Counted from the first letter of the stretch, positions 1 through 11,294 are shown. The stretch is 64,000 nucleotides of DNA from an uncultured Oleiphilus sp. (GCA_913020245.1 CAJWAD010000002.1:2788-66787), one strand, 5' to 3'. Numbers and translations: made by a program. Notes: generated from the letters alone by a model not told the origin.

Positions 1-196
1 CTAAGGCACGCAATACCATGCCAAAACCTGAGCTGCTTTTGCCTTTACCATTTCCGGTTAACAGAATTGAAACACCGCGCTCCTCATCTGAGTCAGCGAT
101 GTGCGCATCTATTTTTTCCTTCTGCTTCTGCATTTTCCGCTTATGTGCGGCCTCTTTTTTACTGTTATCTTCTTGATTTGATTCGATTTCGCTCAT
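1..196 (-). CDS. cobO: cob(I)yrinic acid a,c-diamide adenosyltransferase paralog, N-terminal fragment (gene runs off the window start)
   Basis: Not in the ORF track. Reverse-complement reading from ATG at 196..194 gives MSEIESNQEDNSKKEAAHKRKMQKQKEKIDAHIADSDEERGVSILLTGNGKGKSSSGFGMVLRAL, open to base 1. The ERGV-ILL-GNGKGKSSS segment parallels the full-length CobO at 19765..20352. Confidence 0.75.
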   Translation of the reverse strand, partial: MSEIESNQEDNSKKEAAHKRKMQKQKEKIDAHIADSDEERGVSILLTGNGKGKSSSGFGMVLRAL

Positions 197-257
197 GCTA
201 TACAACCTTATTTATCTTCAAACTTTCATCATGATTTTTGATTTCAGTGAGGGACCA

Positions 258-797
258 TTACAACCCGTGAGGCTGACCCTTTAAATAATGCGGTAACCCT
301 GCCACCGTTAAAATTACCCGATCACTCAAAGCGGCTAATCGCTGATGCAATACACCCGCTTCATCACAATATTTTCGGGACAATTCACCCAGCGGCGTAA
401 TGCCCATATTGGTCTCATTGCTCACCATAATCAGGTGTCCTGGCAACGTCGGTATTACGTTATATAAGGCATCAAGCTCGGTTCTTAATGCCTCATCTTT
501 ATTCAAATCTGGATCAACGAGTAACAGGTTGGTAAGCCACAACGTCATGCAATCAATTAAGAGGCAGCGGTTTGGCTGTGCAAGCCGCTCAAGACACGCT
601 GCTAACTGCAAGGGCTCTTCAACTAGCTGCCAACTTGCCGGCCGCCGCGCACGATGTAAATCAATACGTCGCTGCATCTCACCGTCTTTCGCTTGTGCGG
701 TGGCAATATAGGTCACATCATGTTCACTTTCTTGCGCAAGCGACTCGGCTAATTTACTCTTGCCTGAGCGGGTGCCCCCTAATACCAGAGTATTCAC
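258..797 (-). CDS. cobU: adenosylcobinamide kinase / adenosylcobinamide-phosphate guanylyltransferase
   Basis: 179 aa. The N-terminal P-loop [18 protein letters not shown] is typical of CobU/CobP. The start overlaps the cobQ stop by 4 nt. Confidence 0.9.
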   Translation of the reverse strand: MNTLVLGGTRSGKSKLAESLAQESEHDVTYIATAQAKDGEMQRRIDLHRARRPASWQLVEEPLQLAACLERLAQPNRCLLIDCMTLWLTNLLLVDPDLNKDEALRTELDALYNVIPTLPGHLIMVSNETNMGITPLGELSRKYCDEAGVLHQRLAALSDRVILTVAGLPHYLKGQPHGL

Positions 798-2302
798 GTT
801 CTGGCTCCTGTTTTAAGACGATCGATCAACGCGTCAATATCAATTGAAGACTCAAGTGAATCCGCAAGACGGTCAAGCTGCTCTTCTCGGATATTGTTAA
901 AATCAATTACCTTGCTAGTCACTAATCCCGCCCAACGGAGCCAGCCATTCAGAGCGTCTCCTTGGTCCAATAAGCCATGCCAATAGGTGCCCGCAATGCT
1001 TGCTTCTTGGTTCATTGCGCCGTCAGGCTCAGCCCCATCTGTGTTTGGCAACATCACTGGGCGCTGCGTATCTTCCCCATGGGTCACTCCCACATGAATT
1101 TCATAACCCGCACTGGCAATTTGAGTATCACCATTAGTGCTGATCTCCTTACTCAAAAAGCCAGTTCTATTTTCCAAGGCCTTTTCTGAAGTGAGCGTGG
1201 TCTCGCAATTAAGCAATTGCAGGCCTTCACTTGAACCGGCCTCGCCCTCAATACCATTTGGATCATGAATCATGTTTCCAAGCATTTGAAACCCACCGCA
1301 AATACCCAACACTTTGCCCCCATAACGCAGGTGGCGCATTATGCGCTCCTCCCAACCCTGCTCTCTCAGCCAGGCTAGATCTGAGCGTACCGATTTCGAG
1401 CCAGGTAAAATAATCAAATCGGCGCCAGAGTAGGTTTGATTGGCGCCGATGATTTGAAAGTCGACATCTGGATGCAACGCCAATGAATCAAAATCAGTAT
1501 GATTGCTCATTCTCGGCAACCGCGGCACCACAACTTTTAATTGTGTATGCGCCTGAGCGTCGCTTTTCTCTTGTTGATACCGTTTAACGGGGATCGCGTC
1601 TTCCGCGTCTAAATGCAAGCTTTGTAAGAACGGCAGTACGCCCAACACGTCCTTTTTTGTATAGTTTTCTAGCCAGTCTAACCCGGGTTGCAGTAACGCA
1701 ATATCGCCTCGAAATCGGTTAATAACAAAGCCCATCACGCGCTTTTGCTCGCTCTCGCTTAATAGCGCCAACGTTCCAACTACATGTGCAAACACACCGC
1801 CACGATCAATATCGGCGATGAGAATCACTGGGCAGTCGACGGCCTCAGCAAACCCCATATTGGCAATATCATTTTCACGCAAATTAATCTCTGCAGGCGA
1901 CCCAGCGCCCTCTACAATGACCAAATCAAATGCTTCACTCAACCGCTTATGTGAGGCCAGCACCGCCTCTTTGGCTGTTTGCTTATAGCCATGATAGTCC
2001 TGTGCGGTCATATTACCGATGGCACGGCCATGAATAATGACCTGCGCACCAATATCAGTGGAGGGTTTTAGCAACACTGGGTTCATATCGGTTGTAGGCT
2101 CTAAGCCACATGCTTGCGCTTGGAGGGCTTGCGCGCGGCCAATTTCACCGCCATCCACTGTCACGGCACTATTCAGTGCCATATTCTGAGGTTTGAAAGG
2201 CACAACGCTAAGCCCGCGGCGTTTCAAGCAACGGCAAAGTGCCGCGACCAAGGTACTTTTCCCTGCATCAGAGGTGGTGCCTTGCACCATTAATGTCGTC
2301 AT
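794..2302 (-). CDS. cobQ: cobyric acid synthase
   Basis: 502 aa. N-terminus [20 protein letters not shown] plus a C-terminal glutamine amidotransferase-like part (ICGGFQMLG). Confidence 0.95.
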   Translation of the reverse strand: MTTLMVQGTTSDAGKSTLVAALCRCLKRRGLSVVPFKPQNMALNSAVTVDGGEIGRAQALQAQACGLEPTTDMNPVLLKPSTDIGAQVIIHGRAIGNMTAQDYHGYKQTAKEAVLASHKRLSEAFDLVIVEGAGSPAEINLRENDIANMGFAEAVDCPVILIADIDRGGVFAHVVGTLALLSESEQKRVMGFVINRFRGDIALLQPGLDWLENYTKKDVLGVLPFLQSLHLDAEDAIPVKRYQQEKSDAQAHTQLKVVVPRLPRMSNHTDFDSLALHPDVDFQIIGANQTYSGADLIILPGSKSVRSDLAWLREQGWEERIMRHLRYGGKVLGICGGFQMLGNMIHDPNGIEGEAGSSEGLQLLNCETTLTSEKALENRTGFLSKEISTNGDTQIASAGYEIHVGVTHGEDTQRPVMLPNTDGAEPDGAMNQEASIAGTYWHGLLDQGDALNGWLRWAGLVTSKVIDFNNIREEQLDRLADSLESSIDIDALIDRLKTGART

Positions 2303-2361
2303 ATATCAAAAGCTCAAACAAGATTTCAGCGCAGGCGCCAGCATAAAAATTTTGTGCGCGG

Positions 2362-3018
2362 TCATTTCGCTTGAACGCCCCACTCGTCTTCAAACAAAAA
2401 CTCACTTAACGCCGTTTCTTGTTTCCAATCCTCTAACACCAGCATTGGCTTTTCATAAAACTCATCAACCGGCCCGATACATAAAATGGCAATGGGATGG
2501 CTATCTGGCGGCATGTTTAATAGCGTTTTTAAAGCATCAGGATCAAACAAAGAGACCCAACCCATGCCAATACCTTCGGCACGCGCCGCTAACCACATAT
2601 TTTGAATTGCACAAGACAAGGAGGCTAAATCCATTTCTGGAAGTGTGCGTCGACCAAACACGTAAGACTCGCGTTTATCGGGCAGCGCCGCCACGATCAA
2701 GGCAGAACACTGTAAAATCCCCTCCACCTTCAATTTTAAGAAATCTTGCTTCTGTTCACCTAAGGCATCAGCAGTTAACGCCCGCTCCTTATCGACGAGC
2801 GCATGCAGCGCCTCGCGCGTCGCTGCTTGTTTAATGCGTATAAACCGCCACGGTTGCATAAGCCCAACACTTGGCGCCGTGTGGGCCGCATGCAACAGTT
2901 TATGAATGAGCGATTCATCCATCGGCTCACCATTAAAGTGGCGCATATCACGGCGCTCCGCCATGACGCGATAAATCGCTTCCTTATCGGTGTCTGAGTA
3001 ACTGAAATTACGGCTCAT
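2362..3018 (-). CDS. bluB: 5,6-dimethylbenzimidazole synthase (BluB, nitroreductase fold)
   Basis: 218 aa. Contains RRDMRHF..P and APSVGLMQPWRFIRI, as in BluB-type flavin destructases. Located inside the cob operon. Confidence 0.85.
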   Translation of the reverse strand: MSRNFSYSDTDKEAIYRVMAERRDMRHFNGEPMDESLIHKLLHAAHTAPSVGLMQPWRFIRIKQAATREALHALVDKERALTADALGEQKQDFLKLKVEGILQCSALIVAALPDKRESYVFGRRTLPEMDLASLSCAIQNMWLAARAEGIGMGWVSLFDPDALKTLLNMPPDSHPIAILCIGPVDEFYEKPMLVLEDWKQETALSEFLFEDEWGVQAK

Positions 3019-3036
3019 GGTTATCGGTTCTTTTAC

Positions 3037-4182
3037 TTATTGACGGTGCGCTAACGGTAAATCGGTACTTTGCTTTGCAATCCGCTCTTTCTCTTCCTCA
3101 AGAATTTCTTGTGGGAACTGACGCATAAAGCAATTGCAAATACCGTCACCAATCATAGTTCTCGGGCCAAGGGGATGGCTAATATGTTTGTAAACCCCAT
3201 GCGAATGGCCATGGTTATGCGCCTGGTCATTAGCATGGCTATGTGTGTGGCCGTGAGAGTGACTGTGCGTGTGTAATTCTTCGTGCTTACTTGCGTCAGG
3301 GTTGCTTGGATCAAACTCGGCATGATGATGGTGCACATCGACATCACCGGCAGCTAAACGACGCTTAAAGGCGCCCATTAAATTTTCCGGCATCGCTTGA
3401 TCACCCATGATCTCCCTGACTCTCACCTCAAACGCATCAATGACCTTCTCATGATCTTTTAAATAAGGCGTTTTAATAAATTCAACCTCCGGAAACTGCT
3501 TCGCGACATGGTCTACATAGCCATAGATACGTTTAATTAAACGGCCTGTGAATAAAAAGTACGGCGCCACAATAATTTTCTTAAATCCGAGTTTTACTAA
3601 ACGCTCTAAACCCTCACCCACTGACGGGTAAGTCACACCAGAATACACGGTGTCTGCCCAGCCAAAGCCCATATTTTCGTTGACGATACGCGTTAACTTG
3701 GCAACTTCTGCATTCGCCATAGTATCGGAGGTCCCCCGACCAACAACGACCAACATGGTGTCATACAAACTTGCAGGCGGCTGTTGCGGATCAATGTCCA
3801 TCGACTCATAGATGCGCGCTTGAAACGCATTGATCATTGCGTCGTGCAGCCCTAGCTCATTCCCGTATTCAACTTTGACGCCGCTATTGGTTTCATCGAA
3901 GGTTGTCAGCACCGACGGAATGTCATTTTTCGCATGCGTGGCAGCGAACAGCATACCTGGCACCGCATAAATTTCGTTGACCCCCTGGTCGATTAACGAA
4001 TTTAAGCCCATGTGTATATTCGGCGCAGAAAACTCAAGAAAACCGTATTCAACGGGCATATCTGGAAAACGTTTTTTTAGCCCTGCGGCGACGAGACCAA
4101 ATTCCCGTTCGGCACCTTTATCTCGGCTACCGTGGCCACACACCATAATGCCTGGTTTTGACGCTTTTGGCTGCTCAGCCAT
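3037..4182 (-). CDS. cbiX: CbiX-type (class II) sirohydrochlorin chelatase, two-domain long form with His-rich C-terminal region
   Basis: Reads MAEQPKASKPGIMVCGHGSRD, with a second half VVVGRGTSD (duplicated CbiX fold). His-rich tract at 3175..3333. I prefer the start at 4182 (GGAGAG 7 nt upstream) over the track start at 4212. Confidence 0.8.
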   Translation of the reverse strand: MAEQPKASKPGIMVCGHGSRDKGAEREFGLVAAGLKKRFPDMPVEYGFLEFSAPNIHMGLNSLIDQGVNEIYAVPGMLFAATHAKNDIPSVLTTFDETNSGVKVEYGNELGLHDAMINAFQARIYESMDIDPQQPPASLYDTMLVVVGRGTSDTMANAEVAKLTRIVNENMGFGWADTVYSGVTYPSVGEGLERLVKLGFKKIIVAPYFLFTGRLIKRIYGYVDHVAKQFPEVEFIKTPYLKDHEKVIDAFEVRVREIMGDQAMPENLMGAFKRRLAAGDVDVHHHHAEFDPSNPDASKHEELHTHSHSHGHTHSHANDQAHNHGHSHGVYKHISHPLGPRTMIGDGICNCFMRQFPQEILEEEKERIAKQSTDLPLAHRQ

Positions 4183-5344
4183 ATTTTCTCTCCGATTGCA
4201 TGTCGCTCGCATTTTCGCCCCTCTTGAATACGGAGGCTTGAATGCTTTGATTAATTACATAGTTAATATGTGCTACTTGATGAGCACTTTTAGGGTCTAT
4301 CAAGCCAACGCGAATAAATGCTTGGCTGTCATGAGCTTTTATCAGTCTTAATAAAACACCGTGCGACGCAAAATACGCGTACCAAGTTTGCGCGAGACTA
4401 AGCGGTAAATAATAACTTGAAAACAACGTGCATTGTTGCGCCGCGTATGGGTGCCCCTGCGATGCGATATGCTGAAGCAACGGCTGCCATAAGGCCTCGT
4501 TAAACGCTGCCGCATCGTGCAATGCCTCCCGTGTTTTGCGCTGCCAAACAACGTCATCAAAGGCACCTACTGCTATTTCTTGTGCAGGGCCGTTGATATC
4601 CCATAAGCCGATATTAGATTTGATTCTTTTTCCGATATCATCCGTAGCAAACACAAACCCTAGGCGTAAACCAGGCAGACCAAAGAACTTACCAAATGAC
4701 CTGAGCACGACCATATTCGCATGATAATAGCCGTTTAACACACTTTGCTCGGGTGCCACGTCAATAAATGCTTCGTCAATAATAAGCTTGGCATTACCTT
4801 GCAAACGCCTCGCCCAGCCGAGTAAACGCTCCGCAGAAAACGTAATGCCGCTCGGGTTATTTGGATTAATAACGACGACATGGCAAGCGTTATTGTTGCT
4901 GAGCTGCAGCTCGATTTCATCAATCGCTTGTTGCGCATCTAAGGCATTATAAACATTGATCTCGGCGCCGGCTTGGCGCCATGCCTCTGTGTGCTCTGCA
5001 TAGCCGATATTCGGTAACAATACCGGCAACTGCGCTAACACTTGTGGCAGCATCGAGATCACTTGCTGAGAGCCATTACACGCCGCTAGAGCCGGTACCT
5101 CTGCGTTATTCGCCAGCGCGTAATATTTGCGGCTTGCTCGCTCAAAGCTTTTCGTTTGATACGGCATACCGGTCAAGGCTGCAGGCGATATCTGCGTATT
5201 CGGATAGGCAAACGGACTAATACCCGTCGACAGGTCTATCCAATCGCCAACCGGTATGCCAAATACATCACTGGCCGTTTCTACATCGCCACCATGAAGC
5301 AATGCCGAGGCTTGCAACTTATTGTTTATGGTTGTCGAACTCAT
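4175..5344 (-). CDS. cobD: threonine-phosphate decarboxylase (class I/II aminotransferase fold)
   Basis: Contains LHGGD....FGIP...WIDLSTGISP and the PLP-enzyme layout. I chose the start at MSSTTINN (5344), which forms an ATGA overlap with the cbiB stop. The track start 5389 would lie inside cbiB. Confidence 0.8.
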   Translation of the reverse strand: MSSTTINNKLQASALLHGGDVETASDVFGIPVGDWIDLSTGISPFAYPNTQISPAALTGMPYQTKSFERASRKYYALANNAEVPALAACNGSQQVISMLPQVLAQLPVLLPNIGYAEHTEAWRQAGAEINVYNALDAQQAIDEIELQLSNNNACHVVVINPNNPSGITFSAERLLGWARRLQGNAKLIIDEAFIDVAPEQSVLNGYYHANMVVLRSFGKFFGLPGLRLGFVFATDDIGKRIKSNIGLWDINGPAQEIAVGAFDDVVWQRKTREALHDAAAFNEALWQPLLQHIASQGHPYAAQQCTLFSSYYLPLSLAQTWYAYFASHGVLLRLIKAHDSQAFIRVGLIDPKSAHQVAHINYVINQSIQASVFKRGENASDMQSERKYG

Positions 5345-6288
5345 AACCAAGCCTCGACCGATACCACGACTATGCTGAGACTCACCCAAAGCATAAGCGA
5401 CTTATTTACTAAACGAACGGAACTTAAAATACTTTCTGCCGAAGCTTTCTCCCCATTTATGGGGCCTAAAGCAGGTCGCGCTTGATATTGTCCATGGTAC
5501 ATCGCCCCCCCGCCCAATCGCACATTAATCGCGCCCGCACCGGCTGCCATCACTGGCCCTGCATTGGGGCTTTTCCAACTCGCACCTTGGTGTTTCCAGG
5601 CCAGCAAGGCTAACCGCCCGTTACCCACTAAGGCGTAACTGATTGCCGTTAATCGCGCCGGGATCAAGTTCAACACATCATCTATCCGTGCAGCGGCCCA
5701 ACCAAAATGAAGAAAACGCGCATTTTTGTAACCCCACATTGCATCAAGTGTATTGCTTAATCGGTATAAAACGACACCCGGTAGCCCCCAAATAACAAAC
5801 CAAAACAAGGCGCCGAATACCGCGTCCGCACCGTTTTCTAGAACGGATTCAGTCGCGGCGGCTGCGACTTGTTCTGTCTCCAATTCAGACGTATCTCGAC
5901 TTACAATCATCCCCACGGCTTGACGCGCCGCGTCAAGATCCCCTCGCGCAAGTGGCTCGCTGATCGCGAGTGCATGGCTAATTAATGATTGCCAACCTAT
6001 CGCAAGGTATAGAATCAAACCGGAGACCACCACATACATAACGGTGCCGACGGTCGGGACCGCTAACATAACGCTCTCGAGCACTCTTTGCAGGTATAAC
6101 GCCAAAAAAACCAGGGGTAAAACAGCGATTAACCAAGCGACAACGCCCATCAATTTGCTTATGCGGGCATTAAGCTTGCGCTCACAAAGCATCGCAATCG
6201 CACCAAAGCCAACCAAGGGGTGCCAGCAGCGCGGTTCTTTGAACACCCAATCCAAGGCGATCGCTAATACAAGAATCGTCATCAACAT
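5341..6288 (-). CDS. cbiB: adenosylcobinamide-phosphate synthase (membrane protein)
   Basis: 315 aa, polytopic and hydrophobic. CbiB/CobD-family features (DWVFKEP..HPV, NAGPVMAAGAGAINVRLGG). Confidence 0.9.
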   Translation of the reverse strand: MLMTILVLAIALDWVFKEPRCWHPLVGFGAIAMLCERKLNARISKLMGVVAWLIAVLPLVFLALYLQRVLESVMLAVPTVGTVMYVVVSGLILYLAIGWQSLISHALAISEPLARGDLDAARQAVGMIVSRDTSELETEQVAAAATESVLENGADAVFGALFWFVIWGLPGVVLYRLSNTLDAMWGYKNARFLHFGWAAARIDDVLNLIPARLTAISYALVGNGRLALLAWKHQGASWKSPNAGPVMAAGAGAINVRLGGGAMYHGQYQARPALGPINGEKASAESILSSVRLVNKSLMLWVSLSIVVVSVEAWL

Positions 6289-6290
6289 CG

Positions 6291-9200
6291 CTAGGAAGCC
6301 GCCTCTTGCCGCTCATCAATTTCCAACAAGATATCTTGCAGCCGATGCGCGTACTCACCCGGATTTTCCCATAAACCTCGCTGCGTTGCCTCGAGTAATC
6401 TTTCTGTCATTTCTTCGAGCACGGCAGGGTTGTTTTCAAGTAGAAAATTCAAATTATCCTCATCCAAAATGAGCGCGTCGGTCACTGATGCGTATTGATA
6501 GTCATCAACGAGATTGGTCGTCGCATCATACGCAAACAAATAATCAATACTTGCGCCCATTTCAAACGCGCCTTTATAACCGTGTTCGCGCATTGCATTA
6601 ATCCACTTGGGGTTCAACACACGTGAGCGGACCACCCTATTCAATTCTTCTTTTAAGGTACGCACCTTCGGCGAAGATGGGTTTGAATGGTCATTATGAT
6701 AAACCGCTGGGGTATGCCCAGAAAATACGCTGACGGCGTTTGTCATCCCCCCTTGAAATTGATAGTAATCGTCCGAATCTAAAATATCATGCTCTCGGTT
6801 ATCTTGATTTTGTGCAACCACTTCTAAGTTCGATAATTGATGACGAAAGGCCTCTTTCGCCTCGACCCCATCACCCGCCTCATTGCCGTATGCGTAGCCA
6901 CCCCAATTCAAATATGCATCCGCGAGATCGCTTTGCTGTGCCCAGCAACGCTCATCAATCAAACCCTGAAGCCCCGCTCCATATGCCCCAGGTTTGCTGC
7001 CAAATACACGGTAACTCGCCTGTCTTTTCGCCTCATCACTTGAATGCCCGAGCGCTTCTAACTCTTTTTGCCGATGATTTACATGCTGCTGAATTAGGTT
7101 TTCATTGCCAGGCTCTTCTATTGCGACAATTTTTTGTACAGCCGCATCAAATAACTTCATCACATTTGGGAAGGCATCGCGGAAAAAACCAGACACCCGC
7201 AAGGTCACATCCACCCGCGGTCGCTGCAACAATTGCGTGCTAATCACTCTGAAATCCACAACCCGGTTAGATCCAGGTGCCCAAATGGGTTCCACGCCCA
7301 TTAAAGCAAACGCTTGCGCGATATCATCTCCACCGGTACGCATGGTCGCGGTTCCCCATACAGATAAACCCAGCTGCTTTGGAAAGTCGCCATGCAATTG
7401 TAAATGCCGCTCAATCAACGCTTGCGCTGACCGCTTGCCAATTTCCCAGGCTGCAGGGGATGGTATAGCTCGATTATCCACTGAAAAGAAATTGCGACCT
7501 GTCGGCAAGGTATCGAGTCGACCGCGGGTTGGCGCACCGCTGGGGCCTGGGTCAATGCGCTGACCCGACAATCCGGCTAATAATGCAGAGATCTCTTGCT
7601 CAGCACTCTTGTGCAACGCATGTAAAAGTATTGTTCTCGTAAAGTGAAGTTGAGCGGCCGTCGCGGGTAAATTCTCCAGCGAGCGCTGCGTTGTATCACT
7701 TAACACGCAGTCAATGATTAACTGCTTCGCCAGCAATTCTAAGCGCTCGCGTGTATCCGCCTCGGTACGCCACACCTGATCGTCTATCTGCAGCAATAGG
7801 CCAGGCCGGTCACCCTGCCAAGGCTGCGACGTGGCAGCGAGCGGGTCAAAGGTTTGCTCATTATTGCTGAGCGATAAATCCTCAACGAGGTTATGCAAAA
7901 TACCTTGGCTTTTTTGTTCCCCGCCTCTCGGCAAGCGCAACAAGGCGACGAGGGTATCAGCCAATTTTTCAGGCGCTGGTAACACGCCTAATATATGCAA
8001 ACCATGCCTGATTTGTGCTTCTTTAATATCACATAAATAGGCATCTAGCTCATTCAATACGGCCTGGTCATCGGAGGTATCTTTGGCGCCTAATTCATCG
8101 AGCACATGCGTTTCTTTGACCTGATCAATAATTGTCTGACGTAAATACGTCTCGCGTTTATCGTCCATCCCCATCGCCTGATAGTACTCGTCAACCAAAG
8201 ACTCTAGCTCGGATAAAGGGCCGTAGGTCTCTGCACGGGTCATCGGAGGCATGAGATGGTCAATAATAACCGCTTGCGTGCGTCGCTTCGCTTGCGCCCC
8301 TTCGCCGGGGTCATTCACAATAAATGGATAAAAATGCGGCAATGGCCCGAGCGCTATATCTGGCCAACAGGTGTCCGATAATGCCACGCCCTTTCCGGGT
8401 AGCCATTCCAAATTGCCATGTTTACCGACATGAATGATCGCCTCTACTTTGTATACGTGACGTAGCCAAAAATAAAATGCTAAATAATTGTGCGGCGGAA
8501 TCAAATCTGGGTCATGGTAGTTGGCGACCAGATCAATATTAAAACCTCGTGCTGGCTGAATACCGACAAACGTCTCCCCTAACCGAATGCCCGACACCAT
8601 CAAGCGGCCTTGACGAAACTTGATATCGGCTTCCGGCGGCCCCCACTGTTCAGTTACCGCATGCTGACACGACAACGGAAGCTCAGCAAAAAAATGGTTA
8701 TAGCTTTCTAGGTCAACGCTTTGCCAGCAAGGTAGATGATGCAGGGTATTGGGATTATTAGTGACCGACGTCAATAACGCCTCAATCAAACCATTACCAT
8801 CGTCAGGTACTTCACTAACGGGATACCCAGCGTCTTGCATCGCGAGCAGAATTTGCCGCGCCGAATTAGGTGTATCTAGGCCCACACCATTACCAATTCG
8901 ACCATCTTTAGTTGGGTAATTGGCAAGCACTAAGGCCACCCGTTTTTCTGCATTAGGTTTGCTCGATAGCTGGCAATAACGGCGTGATAACTGGGCAACA
9001 AACGCCGCACGTTCGGCATGTAAAACATACTGAATCACACTTGTTTCGGCGCGTGGATCGAAATAACGCTCTGACTTAAAGCTAATCGCGCGGGTGGCCA
9101 CGCGACCATCCATCTCAGGCAACACGATCTGCATTGCTAAATCGCGACTGCGTAAGCCCTGGCTGTGTTCGAGCCAGTCTTCTTCGGTGCTGCCAGACAA

Positions 9201-10172
9201 CACAAGCTGCAACACAACCACGGGTTTATCAAAGGGCGATTTAAAGGTACTGGGTTCAGAACTTAAGTCTGGACTTGCCACGGTATTCGTCGCAAAGCCG
9301 GTCGCGTTTAAGATGAGTTGCGTATCAGTTTGTTCGATCAGGGTATTCACAAGCGCTAACGAGGCGGCGTCTTTTAGCGAACTGATCGCAACCGGTAACA
9401 CGCGTAAATTTTCCACACTGAGTTGTTCAATAAACGCATCAAACATTGCCGTATTAGCGCTTTGCAAGTGGCTGCGGTAAAACAGTAAGAGTACAACCGG
9501 TCGGTTATCACACTTCGTTAAACCAGGGGATTCACGCAGCTTATTCTGCCAAGACAGCAAGGTACTGGGCCCGATACCTGGCTCGTAAATCATGCACTTT
9601 GGGAAGGGCTTGGGCTCTTTCCAAGTTAACGACAACGCGTCAGTTTGGTTAATGTACTGCGTGAAGATAAACCGGAGCAGTTGCGTTGCGTTCTCAACCC
9701 CGCCTTCGCGCAGGTACCGCCAAACACGATGCACCTCTTCGGCAGGAACGGAACAGGCACTTAACAACTCAGGGTCAAGGTTGTCATCACCAGGCACGAT
9801 AATCAATGTGCGCGCTTTACTGGGGGTCGATTGTTGTTGCCATGCAACCAGACGCTCAAACCCATAGGCCCAATAACTCGCACCGCCCAACAACGACACC
9901 ACCACCACTTGCGCCTGATCGAGCACTTTATGCTCATACAAATCATACGCCGCCGGTTTCAATAATTGCATCCAATTGGCTAACCGAACGCGCGGTAACA
10001 CCATCTCCGCGCTATCAGACACTGCCTCACTGATTTCTTGCAAGGCACACGATAACGCCGACACGCTGCTGTCTGCCGCAGTCAGAATAACGAGCTCTGC
10101 CGGGCTTTGATCAAGATCGATAATACCTTCATCATCAACAAAGCCACCAGGTTTAGCCGCGAGCAGGTGCAT
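6291..10172 (-). CDS. cobN: cobaltochelatase large subunit CobN
   Basis: 1293 aa, with the CobN/Mg-chelatase H-type size and sequence. Adjacent to cobW. Confidence 0.95.
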   Translation of the reverse strand: MHLLAAKPGGFVDDEGIIDLDQSPAELVILTAADSSVSALSCALQEISEAVSDSAEMVLPRVRLANWMQLLKPAAYDLYEHKVLDQAQVVVVSLLGGASYWAYGFERLVAWQQQSTPSKARTLIIVPGDDNLDPELLSACSVPAEEVHRVWRYLREGGVENATQLLRFIFTQYINQTDALSLTWKEPKPFPKCMIYEPGIGPSTLLSWQNKLRESPGLTKCDNRPVVLLLFYRSHLQSANTAMFDAFIEQLSVENLRVLPVAISSLKDAASLALVNTLIEQTDTQLILNATGFATNTVASPDLSSEPSTFKSPFDKPVVVLQLVLSGSTEEDWLEHSQGLRSRDLAMQIVLPEMDGRVATRAISFKSERYFDPRAETSVIQYVLHAERAAFVAQLSRRYCQLSSKPNAEKRVALVLANYPTKDGRIGNGVGLDTPNSARQILLAMQDAGYPVSEVPDDGNGLIEALLTSVTNNPNTLHHLPCWQSVDLESYNHFFAELPLSCQHAVTEQWGPPEADIKFRQGRLMVSGIRLGETFVGIQPARGFNIDLVANYHDPDLIPPHNYLAFYFWLRHVYKVEAIIHVGKHGNLEWLPGKGVALSDTCWPDIALGPLPHFYPFIVNDPGEGAQAKRRTQAVIIDHLMPPMTRAETYGPLSELESLVDEYYQAMGMDDKRETYLRQTIIDQVKETHVLDELGAKDTSDDQAVLNELDAYLCDIKEAQIRHGLHILGVLPAPEKLADTLVALLRLPRGGEQKSQGILHNLVEDLSLSNNEQTFDPLAATSQPWQGDRPGLLLQIDDQVWRTEADTRERLELLAKQLIIDCVLSDTTQRSLENLPATAAQLHFTRTILLHALHKSAEQEISALLAGLSGQRIDPGPSGAPTRGRLDTLPTGRNFFSVDNRAIPSPAAWEIGKRSAQALIERHLQLHGDFPKQLGLSVWGTATMRTGGDDIAQAFALMGVEPIWAPGSNRVVDFRVISTQLLQRPRVDVTLRVSGFFRDAFPNVMKLFDAAVQKIVAIEEPGNENLIQQHVNHRQKELEALGHSSDEAKRQASYRVFGSKPGAYGAGLQGLIDERCWAQQSDLADAYLNWGGYAYGNEAGDGVEAKEAFRHQLSNLEVVAQNQDNREHDILDSDDYYQFQGGMTNAVSVFSGHTPAVYHNDHSNPSSPKVRTLKEELNRVVRSRVLNPKWINAMREHGYKGAFEMGASIDYLFAYDATTNLVDDYQYASVTDALILDEDNLNFLLENNPAVLEEMTERLLEATQRGLWENPGEYAHRLQDILLEIDERQEAAS

Positions 10173-10202
10173 ACGTCAGTGCTCAAACAAGACGGAGAAA
10201 AG

Positions 10203-11294
10203 TCATACGACCGCCACGCCAAGCGCTTCTTTTATTGGGTCGTGTGCGATACCTTTTCCAATAAACACAAGTTGTGTCTGGTGCGCTTCGTCCGTTCGCC
10301 AAGGGCGATCGAAATACACATCTAAACGCTGCCCAACGGCCTGCAATACCTGCCGCATAGGCTTATCAGGAAGCGCCGCGAACCCTTTAACACGGAAAAT
10401 ATTATAGTCGTTGAGCACCTGCTGTATCGCTGCCTGTAATTTGTCACTGTTTACTTCGCCTAGCGTGACGACAAAAGAGTCGAAATGATCGTGCGCGTGC
10501 GCATGATGCTCGCCGTGCGCATGATGATGATCATGATGATTATGCACCGCGTTAATACGCTCTTCTGCGGCGGCATCTAAACCAATAATCGCATCCAGTG
10601 AGGTATCACCATTACTGATGTACGTAGTTTTAACTTCACTCGGTACACGATTCGTTACCACCTGCGCTACTCGCTCTCGTTGCGCGGTATCCAGCAGATC
10701 ATTTTTACTAACCACCACTAAATCGGCGGCACTTAACTGATCTTCCAATAACTCTTTTAAGCTAGGGTCATGATCAAGACTCTCGTCAGCTAGGCGCTGC
10801 GCTTGAATCTTGTCTTCGTCTTGGGCGAACCGACCCGCCGCAACGGCGGGCCCGTCAATCACCGTAATTACCGCATCCACCGTGCAGTATTCTTTTATTC
10901 CCGGCCAATTAAACGCTTGTACTAGCGGTTTGGGTAAAGCCAAACCGCTCGTTTCAATGAGGATATGGTCAATGTCATCACGACGCTCAACTAATTGTTG
11001 CATCACCGGCAGGAACTCTTCTTCAACCGTACAGCAAATGCAGCCATTCGCTAACTCATATATACCCTCATCAATATTGGTCGCCGCCACGTTCGCTTCG
11101 CCTTCGCCCTCGTCTTCGCACGAGAGCGGACAACTGCGCAACAAGTCGGCATCAATATCCAGTTCACCAAATTCATTCACGATCACCGCGATGCGCTTTC
11201 CTTGCGCTTGTTTGATGACATTTGACAGTAAGGTGGTTTTACCACTGCCTAAGAAGCCCGTTACGATCGTGGTCGGTATTTTATTTAATTGCAT
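10203..11294 (-). CDS. cobW: CobW (COG0523 G3E GTPase metallochaperone)
   Basis: Contains the GFLGSGKTTLL P-loop, the GCICCT metal motif and a His tract HNHHDHHHAHGEHHAHAHDH (10485..10544). Confidence 0.9.
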   Translation of the reverse strand: MQLNKIPTTIVTGFLGSGKTTLLSNVIKQAQGKRIAVIVNEFGELDIDADLLRSCPLSCEDEGEGEANVAATNIDEGIYELANGCICCTVEEEFLPVMQQLVERRDDIDHILIETSGLALPKPLVQAFNWPGIKEYCTVDAVITVIDGPAVAAGRFAQDEDKIQAQRLADESLDHDPSLKELLEDQLSAADLVVVSKNDLLDTAQRERVAQVVTNRVPSEVKTTYISNGDTSLDAIIGLDAAAEERINAVHNHHDHHHAHGEHHAHAHDHFDSFVVTLGEVNSDKLQAAIQQVLNDYNIFRVKGFAALPDKPMRQVLQAVGQRLDVYFDRPWRTDEAHQTQLVFIGKGIAHDPIKEALGVAVV

